Positions 25,779 through 36,538 of a stretch of DNA of 64,000 bases are shown piece by piece; the first letter of the stretch is position 1, and every line of letters begins with the position of its first letter. Source of the stretch: an uncultured Nitrospiraceae bacterium (GTDB lineage Bacteria; Nitrospirota; Nitrospiria; Nitrospirales; Nitrospiraceae); NCBI GenBank assembly GCA_963839785.1, contig CAWIWD010000007.1:1643-65642 (forward strand), given 5' to 3'. The notes beneath the pieces are model-generated. The model was given only the letters and a program-made list of their open reading frames with translations. It had not been told where the DNA came from and did no database searches. The position numbers were made by a program, and so were the translations under genes.

Positions 25779-26783
25779 ATGTCGAACGGACCGACCACCC
25801 TCACCCTCCACAGCATGGCCGATGTGTGGGATGTGTATCGCGAGGAACTGGAGGGGGTCGAAGAACAGATTCGAAAAAACCTCGACTCCAGCGTGGCTCT
25901 CGTCAATACGGTCGCCGCTCACATCCTCAACAGCGGCGGCAAACGAGTGCGGCCGCTCTTCGTCCTCCTCAGCGCCCATCTGTGCGGCTATGCCGGTCGC
26001 GATCATCAGGCCCTTGGAAGTCTGGTCGAATTCATCCATACCGCCACGTTGCTGCATGACGACGTGGTCGATGAGGCTGACCTGCGTCGAGGCCGCCGAA
26101 CGGCAAGCAAAATCTGGGGCAATCAAATCAGTATTCTCGTCGGGGACTATCTCTATTCGCGCGCGATTTGCCAGATCGTCGACTTCCGAAACCAAGGTAT
26201 CAATGAGGCGCTCTCCGAGGCTTGCCGAAAAATGGCCGAAGGCGAAGTGCTTCAGCTGTACTACAACGGCAACCCGCTGATGCCCGAACCGGAATATCTT
26301 CGCATTATCGAACATAAGACGGCCGGATTGATTGCGGCCTCCTGCAAAATCGGCGCAATCGTCGGCGGGGCCACGGAAGAGTTACAGGAGGTGTTGTTCC
26401 GATTCGGACAGCGACTGGGCATTGCGTTTCAACTGGCGGACGATACGTTGGACTATGCCGCCAATGGCGAGCATCTGGGAAAAACGCTCGGGCAGGACTT
26501 ACGGCAAGGGAAAGCGACGCTGCCGCTGCTGCATCTCTTGCAACATTGCTCGGAGCAGGATCGGCAGTTGATCAAGGATCGCATGGAGACCCGGACCCTG
26601 ACCGACGAAGAGCTCCGCCGCATCGTGACCCTGATGCAGGAGTATGGGTCCATCGCCTACGCCATGGAGCGGGCTCGCGCCTTCGTCTCGGCCGCCAAAC
26701 GCGATCTCGACCTCTTCCACGACAACACCGCTAAACGCGCCCTGTCCATCGCCGCCGATTACATGGTGACTCGCGACCGCTAA
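25779..26783 (+). CDS. Polyprenyl diphosphate synthase (IspB/HepT-like)
   Basis: GGKRVRP, first Asp-rich motif LHDDVVD...RRG, KTAGL, FQLADDTLD, GKTLGQDL. Confidence 0.93.
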   Translation: MSNGPTTLTLHSMADVWDVYREELEGVEEQIRKNLDSSVALVNTVAAHILNSGGKRVRPLFVLLSAHLCGYAGRDHQALGSLVEFIHTATLLHDDVVDEADLRRGRRTASKIWGNQISILVGDYLYSRAICQIVDFRNQGINEALSEACRKMAEGEVLQLYYNGNPLMPEPEYLRIIEHKTAGLIAASCKIGAIVGGATEELQEVLFRFGQRLGIAFQLADDTLDYAANGEHLGKTLGQDLRQGKATLPLLHLLQHCSEQDRQLIKDRMETRTLTDEELRRIVTLMQEYGSIAYAMERARAFVSAAKRDLDLFHDNTAKRALSIAADYMVTRDR

Positions 26784-26911
26784 GTTGCCGCCGTTCGGCT
26801 TCACAACGCCCACATGCCGCTGACGGAGCTCACTCGTTCAGCGACAACTCCGGCTCACCGCCGGTGGACAGGATCACACCGCACCCACGAGAGAAAAGGA
26901 CAGAAACCCGT

Positions 26912-28239
26912 ATGGCACACGTCATCCCCTTTCACGGCACGCTCTACAACCCCCCGACGGTCGGCGACGTTCGTCAGGTGGTCGCGCCGCCCTACGACAT
27001 CATCGACAGCGCATTGCAGAAGACCCTGCATGATCGCCACCCGAACAACGTCATCCGCCTGGAACTCGGCTATGAACAGCCCGGCGACAATACCGGCGAA
27101 CAACAAATATACCCGCGCCGCGGTCGCGCTGAAGGACTGGCTGAAATCCGGCGCATTACGCCGGGACTGCCAGCCCGCTATTTATTATCACACGATCGAA
27201 TATCAACCGCCCTATTCGGCTCCCGGCACTCCGACGAAGCTATTTAAAGGCTTCCTTTCGACAGTCGAGTTGGAGGAATTCGGCTCAGGGAAAATTTATC
27301 CGCACGAAAACACGCGCGCCGCGGCCAAAACGGATCGACTCAATCTCCTGGAAGCCTGCCGGGCGAACTTCAGTCCCGATCATTTCGCTCTACTCGGATC
27401 CGCACAATGAAATTCTGACGCTGATCGAACAGGCCATCGCCTCGGAGAAGCCACGCATCGATTTCCAGGACGACGTGGGCTTTCGGCAGCGGCTCTGGAG
27501 CGTCACCGATACAGGCGTGCTCGACCAGGTCGTGCAGATCATGAAGACCAAACTGCTCTTCATCGCCGATGGCCACCACCGGTACGAGACGGCGCTGAAC
27601 TATCGCCGCGCCAGGCGGCAGCAGGCCGGCGCGCCCTCCACGCCCCAGCCCTACGACAATGTCCTGATGCTGTTCGCGAGCCTCGAGGACAAGGGATTGA
27701 CCGTGTTGCCGACGCATCGCGTCCTGACGACGCCCGTGCCGGCAGCTCCGGAGTTGCTGCGCAGGCTCGAGCCGATGTTTGACGTGACACCACTCCCGTT
27801 CCAGTCCATGCAACGAACCGCAGGCGCGCGCGACAGTTCATCGAAACCCTGCGCAGCCGCGGGCAGTCCGTGCCGATGTTCGGCCTCGCGCTGAAGAATG
27901 ACTCGCAGTATTACTTGCTGACGTTGAAAGGCGGCACACCGTCCTTCGGCCACCGCTTCGCCGCGCGATCGGTTGGACGTGTCCCTGTTGCAACAACATG
28001 TGGTGGCCACCCTCTGCCCGACTCAGCAGGAACAGGAAGCGATGCTTTATTCGAAGGATGATCACGAATCTTTGAACTGGGTGCGGCAGGGTACCGGTAC
28101 CGCCGCATTGTTACTGAACCCGACGAAAGTCGCCGAAGTGCAGGCCGTGGCCTCGGCAGGCGAACGGATGCCTCACAAGTCGACCTATTTCTTCCCCAAG
28201 CCGCTGACCGGTCTGGTCATGAATGTGATGGAAGGATGA
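26912..28239 (+). CDS. DUF1015 family protein (multiple frameshifts)
   Basis: VAPPYDII, IYPHENT, IADGHHRYET, LPTHR, MPHKSTYFFPKPLTGL. Confidence 0.88.
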
Positions 28240-28266
28240 GTCGCGCCAAGACATGAGGATGATGGA

Positions 28267-29660
28267 ATGAGCGGAACCGCGATGAAGGCTAAGGTGCTGA
28301 TTGTCGATGACGATCAGGACATCGTCACGATGCTGCAAGATCGTCTCGACGCCAGCGGCTACCGAACCCTGACGGCCGCGGACGGCCAACGCGGCATCGA
28401 ACTCATTGAGCAGGAATCTCCAAACCTGGTTCTGCTGGACCTCTACCTACCCCGCCTCAAGGGCATGGACGTGCTGAAGCGCATGGCCCAAAACAAGCAG
28501 ATCGACGATATCCCGGTCATTGTCATGACCGCCGCAGGCACGATCCCGGATGCGGTCGAAGCCATGCGTCAGGGCGCCTACGACTTTTTGACGAAGCCCC
28601 TCGAAAAAGACCATCTGCTGATCGTGATTCAAAAAGCGCTGGAGCGGGACTCGTTGAAACGGCAAGTGGCCGCCCTCAAGTCCGACATGCAGAACCGGTA
28701 CGCCACCATCGTCGGGGACAGCTCAGAAAATTAAAGCCATCATCGAATCGGCGCAACGCGCCGCCAATTCGGACGCCAGCATTCTGTTACTCGGTGAGAG
28801 CGGAACGGGCAAGGAACTCTTCGCCCGCTCCATCCATCAATGGAGTCCGCGCCAAAGCATGCCCATGGTCGTGATCAATTGCGTGGCGCTCACGGAAACC
28901 CTGCTCGAGAACGAACTCTTCGGCCATGAACGTGGAGCCTATACCGGCGCGGACCGGCTGCAAAAGGGCAAACTGGAAATGGCCGACGGAGGCACGGTCT
29001 TCCTCGACGAGATCGGGGACATGCCCTTGCCGTTACAGGCTAAACTCTTGCGCGTCCTGCAAGACAGGGAATTCCAACGGGTCGGCGGTACCCGTCCGGT
29101 GTCCGTCAACATTCGCTTCGTGGCCGCTACCAATAAGGATCTCAAGCAGGCGGTGAAGGCCGGACAGTTCAGAGAGGATCTGTTTTTCCGGCTGAATGTC
29201 GTGAGCTTCACGCTCCCGCCCTTACGGGACCGCAGCGAGGACATTCCCAGACTTGCCGATTTTTTTCTCAAACGGCATGCGTATGAAGCCAAGCGCCCGA
29301 ACGTGACACTTAGCCCAGCGGCCCGCACCGCATTGACCCATTACCCCTGGCCCGGCAACATCCGCGAACTCGACAATGTCCTGTCACGCGCGGTCGTGCT
29401 CAGTCCCAGCGATGTGATCGAACCGGATTTTTTGGCGTTGACTGCTGATGAGGCTGCGGGAAAGGGACGGCGGAGAACGCGCTTCCCTACATCAATCTCA
29501 CCTACCATGAGTCCATGGAAGCTCATAGCGCTCTATATCATCGAGCGGGCATTGGACCGGGCGGCAGGCAATCAGACCAAGGCAGCCGAGTTTCTCGACC
29601 TACAGCGAACCTATCTTGCCCGCTTGATCAAGCAACGGAAACCCAGCGGCCGGCGAATGA
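28267..29660 (+). CDS. Sigma54-dependent response regulator, NtrC family (frameshifted; track ORF reads on to 29773 through a repeat)
   Basis: Receiver domain (VDDD, LLDL, TKP), GESGTGKE, GAYTGA, FLDEIG, WPGNIREL and Fis-type HTH GNQTKAA. Confidence 0.92.
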
Positions 29661-29668
29661 CCGGGCCT

Positions 29669-29778
29669 GAGGCTGAAAACACCCCCCGGCTTCGCATCGT
29701 TCCGTCCCTCATCGTACCGCAGGGTACGCCTCGTGACTTCCCTCGCTACGGCCTCGCTGGACGACCCTTTTGAGCCTC
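29669..29778. repeat. Short TIR-bounded intergenic repeat, copy 2 (GTAC-hairpin family)
   Basis: Ends GAGGCTGAAAA / TTTTGAGCCTC (10 of 11 complementary); core CGTACC-GCAG-GGTACG-CCTC. Confidence 0.75.
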
Positions 29779-29852
29779 GTGCCAAACTGAGTGATAGGCT
29801 TATCTCCGAGAGGACTATGCTGTGATAGAGCCGCGTAAATTTTGCAGCATCC

Positions 29853-30584
29853 TCATTGTCGTGCTGACAAATTGAGCAATCCGGCCGCCGCATCCCGCTG
29901 CACCTGCGCATAACGTTCGGGCGTACCCACGTCGGTCCAATAGCCGTCGAAATCGTATCCCATGATGCGTTCCCCTTCCTGAATGCCCTGCACATAGGCA
30001 TCAATGATTGAAGATTCCTTGCCGACCGCCAGGGAACGCAAGAGGCGCGGGTGCAGAATATGGATACCGGCAAACATCCGCGCATGTGTCGGCATTGAAG
30101 TAGTCCGACCGCGACCGGTGATCCGCATGACCTGAGCCTGATCAGTCACCTCGACGAGCCCCCAACGAGCCGCCTCGGGATCATGACGCAACACCAACGT
30201 CGCCGCCGCGTCACGTTCTTGATGCAAGGCAATGAGGGCCGTCAGGTCCAATTCGAACAACGTGTCGCCGTTGAGTACCAGCACCGGCTCACCGCCAAAC
30301 AAGCCTTCAGCCTGCTTGATCCCTCCGCCGGTGCCTAAAATCACGGGCTCATGCGAATAGGTAATCCGCATTCCAAAGCGGGCGCCGTTGCCCAATGCCT
30401 GCTCGATCATCGTCCCCAAATGATGGAGATTGATCACGGCGTCCAGAATGCCGTGCCGTTTCAGGAGCAGCAGGTTCCAGACTATCATGGGAGTACCGGC
30501 AACCGGGAGGAGCGGCTTGGGCGTCGCGTCGGTGAGGGGCTTCAACCGGGTCCCGAAGCCAGCTGCGAGAATCATGGCCTTCAT
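29853..30584 (-). CDS. murU: Nucleotidyltransferase, MurU-like (MurNAc-1-phosphate uridylyltransferase)
   Basis: MKAMILAAGFGTRLKPLT..PKPL, LGTGGGI, NGD, WTDVGTPE; directly downstream of an AmgK-like kinase. Confidence 0.75.
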   Translation of the reverse strand: MKAMILAAGFGTRLKPLTDATPKPLLPVAGTPMIVWNLLLLKRHGILDAVINLHHLGTMIEQALGNGARFGMRITYSHEPVILGTGGGIKQAEGLFGGEPVLVLNGDTLFELDLTALIALHQERDAAATLVLRHDPEAARWGLVEVTDQAQVMRITGRGRTTSMPTHARMFAGIHILHPRLLRSLAVGKESSIIDAYVQGIQEGERIMGYDFDGYWTDVGTPERYAQVQRDAAAGLLNLSARQ

Positions 30585-30611
30585 AGCAGGGATGCTGTTT
30601 CTACCGCGGCA

Positions 30612-31712
30612 TTATCGCAGTTCAGCGACGTAGGGCGCCAGGCGCTGCCGGAGCGCAGACAGCTCGGGATACTTAGAGAGGTTGCGTTTCACGTACCCTA
30701 ACACACGGGGAATATCGGCAAGAAATTTGGGATTGTGTTTCACCTGATCGATATAGACAAACCGGCCGGCGGCCTTGAGATTGCGCTGAATGCTGGTGAG
30801 GTCGAACAGACGACGAAACGCCGTTCGATCACCCCAGCCTTGCCCATGAGCGGCAAGGCCATTCAGAAAGTGATCGATCAATCCATCCACTACAGTCTCA
30901 TCCAACTCGATGTAAGCATCTTTCAAGAGCGACGCCAAATCATACGTGGCCGGTCCCATCAAGGCATCCTGAAAATCGATGATGCCGATCCGCGAGCCAT
31001 CCACCATGAGATTGCGTGAATGGTAGTCGCGATGGACGAAGACCGGCGATTGTTCCGCCAGTAGCTCGGCGATGCGTTGAAACTCCGCTCTGATCGCCGT
31101 CTCGTCGGCCGGAGCCATCGGCTTGCCCAAGCGAGCCGTAATGCCATATTCCAGAAAGTGGTCGAATTCCCACATGAAGAGCGGCACATCGAAACGTCGG
31201 TGAAAAGCGATGCAGCGCGGCTCGGGTGGCGTCGTTCCCTGTATCTGTAACCGCACCAGTTGATCGATCGCCTGCCGATAGAGAGCGTCCAGTTTGGCGC
31301 GATCAGCGTGGCGACAAGCTTCCGCCAAGGTCACATCTCCGAAATCTTCCAAATACAACAGACCGGCTTCGCGATCGTAGTATTGCAGCCGGGCAACCGT
31401 CACACCGGTACGCTGCAGATGCGTCAGCACGTTAGTAAAAGGAAGCTCCGTAATCTGGGAGGAAGCACCGCTGACCGCTTCTTCAGACTTCTTGAAGCCC
31501 TCCGGATCGGCGAGTTGCATGAGAATCAGTGAAGCGGGCGTGCCTTTCAGAGTGATCCGAAAATATCGGCGATTAGAGGCATCTCCGGCGAGCGCGGCCA
31601 GACCGGCGAACTCCCCACGAAACGGCAACTGGTTCGCTACCGTCTTCGCAATGCGCGAGGCATCCGGAGGCATGAGAGGTGTTGCAGGTGCGGCAGGATT
31701 GGTAGTGGCCAT
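30612..31712 (-). CDS. amgK: Aminoglycoside-phosphotransferase-like kinase, AmgK-like (MurNAc/GlcNAc anomeric kinase)
   Basis: LAGDASNRRYFR, LEDFGD, HRDYHSRNLM, IDFQDA, QRNLKAAGRF; paired with murU. Confidence 0.78.
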   Translation of the reverse strand: MATTNPAAPATPLMPPDASRIAKTVANQLPFRGEFAGLAALAGDASNRRYFRITLKGTPASLILMQLADPEGFKKSEEAVSGASSQITELPFTNVLTHLQRTGVTVARLQYYDREAGLLYLEDFGDVTLAEACRHADRAKLDALYRQAIDQLVRLQIQGTTPPEPRCIAFHRRFDVPLFMWEFDHFLEYGITARLGKPMAPADETAIRAEFQRIAELLAEQSPVFVHRDYHSRNLMVDGSRIGIIDFQDALMGPATYDLASLLKDAYIELDETVVDGLIDHFLNGLAAHGQGWGDRTAFRRLFDLTSIQRNLKAAGRFVYIDQVKHNPKFLADIPRVLGYVKRNLSKYPELSALRQRLAPYVAELR

Positions 31713-31891
31713 ACGATCGGCATTATAGCCAAACCGTTTCCAACTGCCAGCAGAAAGTCACCTCTTGCATGCGGGCAAGTCGCGGCACGCCACGGGATCC
31801 TGTGCACATGATGATGTATGGCCCCCCTGCACCGGTTGTCACTCCTCGCCTGAAGCCGGTATCCTATTGAACAAACCGGAAGGAGGCGTCT

Positions 31892-32863
31892 ATGCAGTAC
31901 GTTCATCTCGGCCGTTCAGGAGTTCGTGTCAGCCGCCTCTGTCTCGGCACGATGAACTTCGGTCCGCATACTTCCGAACCCGACAGCTTTGCCATCATGG
32001 ATCGGGCGTTGGAGCTCGGCATCAATTTTTTTGACAGCGCCAACGTGTACGGCTGGAAGGTCGGCGAAGGCGTCACCGAACAAATCGTCGGCCGCTGGCT
32101 GGCGCAGGGTGGCGGACGGCGAGAAAAAATCGTCCTGGCTACGAAGGTATACGGGCGCATGGGAGACTGGCCCAACCAATCTCGCCTGTCGGCCTTCCAT
32201 ATCAAGCGCGCCTGCGAAGCAAGCCTCCGACGCTTGCAGACGGACCACATCGATCTCTACCAAATGCATCATATCGATCGTGACTGTCCCTGGGAGGAAC
32301 TGTGGCAAGCCATGGAACAGCTCTGCCGCGAAGGGAAAGTGCTCTACATCGGCAGCAGTAATTTTGCAGGCTGGCACATAGCACAGGCCCAGGAACTCGC
32401 GAAGTCACGCCATTTTCTCGGGCTCGTTTCGGAACAGAGCCTTTACAATCTCCTCGAACGAACCGTTGAGCTCGAAGTGATTCCGGCCTGCCAGGCTTAT
32501 GGAGTCGGCCTGATTCCTTGGAGTCCGCTGGGACGCGGGCTTCTTGGAGGAGCCTTGACCCCGAGCAACGCCGGTCGGCGAGCGGATGCGGATATTCGCA
32601 AAGACATCGAGACTCATCGCCCGCAGCTCGAAGCTTACGAACGGCTGTGTGCCACACTACGCGTCGAACCGGCCGCGGTGGCCCTCGCCTGGCTGTTGCA
32701 CCAACCGGCCGTCACCGCTCCCATCATCGGACCTCGCACGATGGAACAGCTGACTAGCGCGATGCAGAGTCTTAAACTGACGCTGACCGCAGACACGCTC
32801 AAGGAGCTGGATAACATTTTCCCCGGCCCTGGAGGCGCAGCCCCGGAAGCCTATGCCTGGTGA
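31892..32863 (+). CDS. Aldo/keto reductase
   Basis: LCLGTMNFG, FDSANVYG, ATKV, SLRRLQTDHIDLYQMH, PWSPLG. Confidence 0.95.
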   Translation: MQYVHLGRSGVRVSRLCLGTMNFGPHTSEPDSFAIMDRALELGINFFDSANVYGWKVGEGVTEQIVGRWLAQGGGRREKIVLATKVYGRMGDWPNQSRLSAFHIKRACEASLRRLQTDHIDLYQMHHIDRDCPWEELWQAMEQLCREGKVLYIGSSNFAGWHIAQAQELAKSRHFLGLVSEQSLYNLLERTVELEVIPACQAYGVGLIPWSPLGRGLLGGALTPSNAGRRADADIRKDIETHRPQLEAYERLCATLRVEPAAVALAWLLHQPAVTAPIIGPRTMEQLTSAMQSLKLTLTADTLKELDNIFPGPGGAAPEAYAW

Positions 32864-33172
32864 GCATGGCGCACCGACGGCTATCTCATGGCAAAAATTA
32901 CCCGCTATGGACCGCAAATGTTCCTCCGCAACCGGACGGGGCGACTGCCTGAATCCGAAATCGCGGGCTACCTGAAATGAACGATTTGGTGCCGGCAACC
33001 TACAGCGGCAATGACAGCGTGCTCCTTTCGCTCATCTACCGCCTTGGTGGCCTCGACGTAACCACCACTCGCGGACCAATGACACGTCTGACCTGACTTT
33101 CAGAGGCCTCCTTCCTGACCTCACGAACCCGCATCACGACCCCCTAAATCGCTCACAACCACTTCGGCTTGC

Positions 33173-33188
33173 AGGCATTCAATTTGCT
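33173..33188 (+). promoter_or_regulatory. Candidate sigma54 (-24/-12) promoter
   Basis: AGGCATTCAATTTGCT fits GG-N10-GC with TTGC, about 60 nt upstream of ATG 33250. Confidence 0.55.
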
Positions 33189-33249
33189 TAGCTCGATACC
33201 CGGATCGCACCAACAATTTCTCGCCGCACTCATGCTCAGGAGGGTACCC

Positions 33250-33553
33250 ATGGCACACACGCACTCTGGTGGGACCTCCAGAGCCCTACCGACATCAGCT
33301 CGCAGCTCACGTCAAGGCCTCCCTTAGCTGTTCCGCATGTCAGGGTCACCTCGTGGCTGACTTGTATATCGACACGGTGGATGCCGGAGGCCACGTGTGG
33401 ATCCGGGCGTTACGCTGCGTACGATGTCGAAGAATAGCCGACGCTGATCGCGAGGGCTTTCAGGCACAATCAAACGCAGGAAGGATCGGAAGAATGCTGC
33501 GCGAATTACCCGAATGGGGATTGAACGATGAAATGACCGCGTTGGGAACTTAA
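33250..33553 (+). CDS. Small CxxC...CxxC (zinc-ribbon-like) hypothetical protein; frameshift near start
   Basis: AGGAGG RBS before ATG 33250; CSACQG...WIRALRCVRC in ORF 33269..33553. Confidence 0.65.
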
Positions 33554-33714
33554 CCCGGACTATTAATGAAATATTCCGATCCTCTCGCCCGGCGGGGCTT
33601 TTCTCGTTCGGCCTCTCGACGGACTACAAGTACGCCTACGTCGGCCTTACTTGCGGAAACCCCGGCGGGCTTCAGTCTCGAACGCCTCACGACGGCATGC
33701 ATGAATAATCCGGG
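33554..33714. mobile_element. MITE-like element (161 bp) with terminal inverted repeats, flanked by TTAA
   Basis: TTAA-CCCGGACTATTAATG ... CATGAATAATCCGGG-TTAA (13 of 15 TIR positions complementary); no coding capacity. Confidence 0.7.
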
Positions 33715-33762
33715 TTAACCTCGACCCAGAGCCCGGATTGCGCCACTCCGCCCATCGCCACG

Positions 33763-34161
33763 TCAAAGCCCCAGCAGAGCGCCTGCCGTATCGGCGACCA
33801 GGTCCAGCGGATCACCTTCCCGAAACGGCACGAACAGTTGATGCACCTCATCGCTCAAACCGTAGACCCCACAGCCGACCGCCGCCACGATCACGGCATG
33901 GCGCGCGACCCAGGGCCCGGCCGCATGGCGACAAGCTCGATAGGTCAAGGCGCCCAGAATACCGTACTCACACAGATGCAACACTTTGTCTGAAATTTCT
34001 TTCAGGACCGAGGCAATGGACTCAGGTGGATTGGAAATGGAGGACCCTCCGAAAATCAGTGCGGCATAGAGCCCCACCGGCCCCCAATACCGCAATGTCG
34101 AGCCGACGACAGAGCGAGATTCGATGCGCATGCTCGACGAGATGGTCGGTTCCACTGCCAT
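33763..34161 (-). CDS. VanZ family membrane protein
   Basis: YAALIF..SS, DKVLHLCEYGIL, YGLSDEVHQLFVPFR, DLVADTAG. Confidence 0.88.
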   Translation of the reverse strand: MAVEPTISSSMRIESRSVVGSTLRYWGPVGLYAALIFGGSSISNPPESIASVLKEISDKVLHLCEYGILGALTYRACRHAAGPWVARHAVIVAAVGCGVYGLSDEVHQLFVPFREGDPLDLVADTAGALLGL

Positions 34162-34306
34162 TATTCTCGACTCCTCCTTCCAGAAACGACGCACCCCGTC
34201 GTCCGATCATGACACCGGAGACTCGACTCGCGCACAAACCCGTACATTCGTTGCAACCCTCATACCCCTATGACATACTGCCCCCGAGTCTGCAAGAAAC
34301 TTCCCG

Positions 34307-36511
34307 ATGAAAACCATTCAGCTCTGCTTCCTCTGGCATATGCACCAGCCGTACTATACGGACCCGATTACGGGATCCGCGAGTATGCCCTGGGTCCGCT
34401 TACACGCCACGAAGGCCTATTACGATATGGCCTTCCTGCTCGACCGGTTTCCACAGGCGCGCTCCACCTTTAATTTCACCCCGTCTCTCCTGCTCCAGCT
34501 CGAAGAATTTTCGACCGGGCGCGTCCGCGATCTCTTTCTCGAATATGCTCAACGTCCGGCGGCCGACCTCACGCCCGAAGAAAAGGCCTTTTTGATCCGT
34601 CATTTTTTCTCGGCGAATTGGGCCACCATGGTCAGACCCTTTCCCCGCTACCAGGAACTGCTGGTGAAGCGTGGCCTCGACGTGCACGGCCAGGACTTGA
34701 ATCGTCTGGCCAAGCAATTTTCATCTCAGGAATTTCTCGACCTCCAGGTGTGGCACAACCTCGCCTGGTTTGGCTATGGCAGTCTCCAACAGTTCCCACG
34801 CCTGGCAGAATTACGGAAAAAGAATCGTGGCTTCACGGAGGAGGACAAGCAGGAAGTGCTGGCCCTGCAGCAGACGGCGATCCGACAGATCGTGCCGATG
34901 TACAAGGCGCTCCAGGACCGCGGCCAGGTCGAACTGACCACCACGCCGTTCTTTCACCCGATCCTGCCACTGGTCATCGACTCCGAGTTTACGCGACGCG
35001 CCAGACCGGACCTTGCCCCTTCCGGCTCGCTTTCATGCACCGGCCGATGCCGAAGCGCAGATCCGGCTGGCCATCGACTACCATACCAAGACATTTGGCC
35101 GACCGCCTGTCGGTCTGTGGCCGTCGGAGGGGTCGGTCTGTCCGGAAATGTTGCCGATGCTGGAGAAAGCCGGAATCCGTTGGTTGGCAACGGACGAGGG
35201 CAATCTCTACCGATCGTTGCAAACCGGAAATCACGCCTGGAACCGGCACTATCATCTGTATCAGCCCTACAGCGTCGGCCCGACCGATCATCCGCTCACC
35301 ATGGTGTTCCGCGATCGTGACATCTCCGACGCCTTCGGCTTCGTGTACCATAAGACGACGCCGGAGTCGGCTGCCGACGATGTCCTTCGGCGGGTCCGCG
35401 GCCTCGCCTATGATATTCCGTTGGAGCAAGGCATCGTCGCAGTGATCCTCGATGGAGAAAATCCCTGGGAGCATTATCACGACGGCGGCGAACGGTTCCT
35501 CTCCCTGCTGTTTCGCGCGTTCGAGCAGGATGGGCTCCACATCGGCCACGGTATCCGCGTGCACATGGACACCGTCAGCCGGGCGCTGGCCACCAATCCA
35601 CCGACTCAACATCTCGACCATCTGCATTCCGGTTCCTGGATCAATCAGGACTTCAAGATCTGGATCGGACATCAGGAAGACAATCGCGGATGGGACCTCC
35701 TGCAGCACACGCGTGCTCGACTCGTTGAATTGACGCCGTCGCTTAGCCAAGAACAAGCCCGCGCGGCCTGGAGCGAACTGTATGCGGCCGAAGGCAGTGA
35801 CTGGTTTTGGTGGTACGGAGACGATTTCGACACGGACTACAAACAAGAATTCGACCGCCTGTTTCGAACGCACCTCCGTAACGTCTGGACCTATGCCGGC
35901 GTCACACCGCCCGAAATCCTGAACCAACCCTTGGTAGAAGCGCGCACGACGCAAGGGCTGGAGGTGGTGCAACTTCCGCTGGCCTTCATAGCCCCGACCC
36001 TGGATGGCCTCGCATCGAATTTTTTTGAGTGGCGCGGCGCTGGAACCATCAATCCCACCCCGCCGTTGGGAGCGATGTGGAAGTCGGAAGGGCTCTTCAC
36101 GGCAATCTTCTTCGGGTTCGATCACGAGCGACTCTATCTCCGGCTGGATTTCGACGAACGGTCCCAGACGCGACAGGAAGATTGCACCGCCGACCTTCAC
36201 ATCGGATCGGGAATTCAGCAGTACGCACTGTCCTTCACCCTCGCGCCGAGCGGCACGGAGACGTTCCTCCTGACTCAGGCGGACGAGACCGGCGCCTATC
36301 GTAACATCGGGACTTACAGCACGATCTGCCGGCAGAAGATTCTCGAACTCGCGGTGCCGTTCAAGGATCTCGACATCGAGGTCGGCAATGAACTGCGTCT
36401 GACGTTGACGGTATCGGAGCACCGGATGGAAATCGCCCGCTATCCCCATCACAATCCGGTGACCTTGAATCGGCCTGGCGACGAGTTCAAGCTATGATGT
36501 GGAGAGTCTGA
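34307..36511 (+). CDS. Glycoside hydrolase family 57 (amylopullulanase-like), frameshift near 35015
   Basis: WHMHQP, HPILPL, GLWPSEGSV (nucleophile), ILDGENPWEHY (acid/base), AEGSDWFWW. Confidence 0.93.
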
Positions 36512-36538
36512 GTATGGTTCCCAACTACAGGAGTCGAG

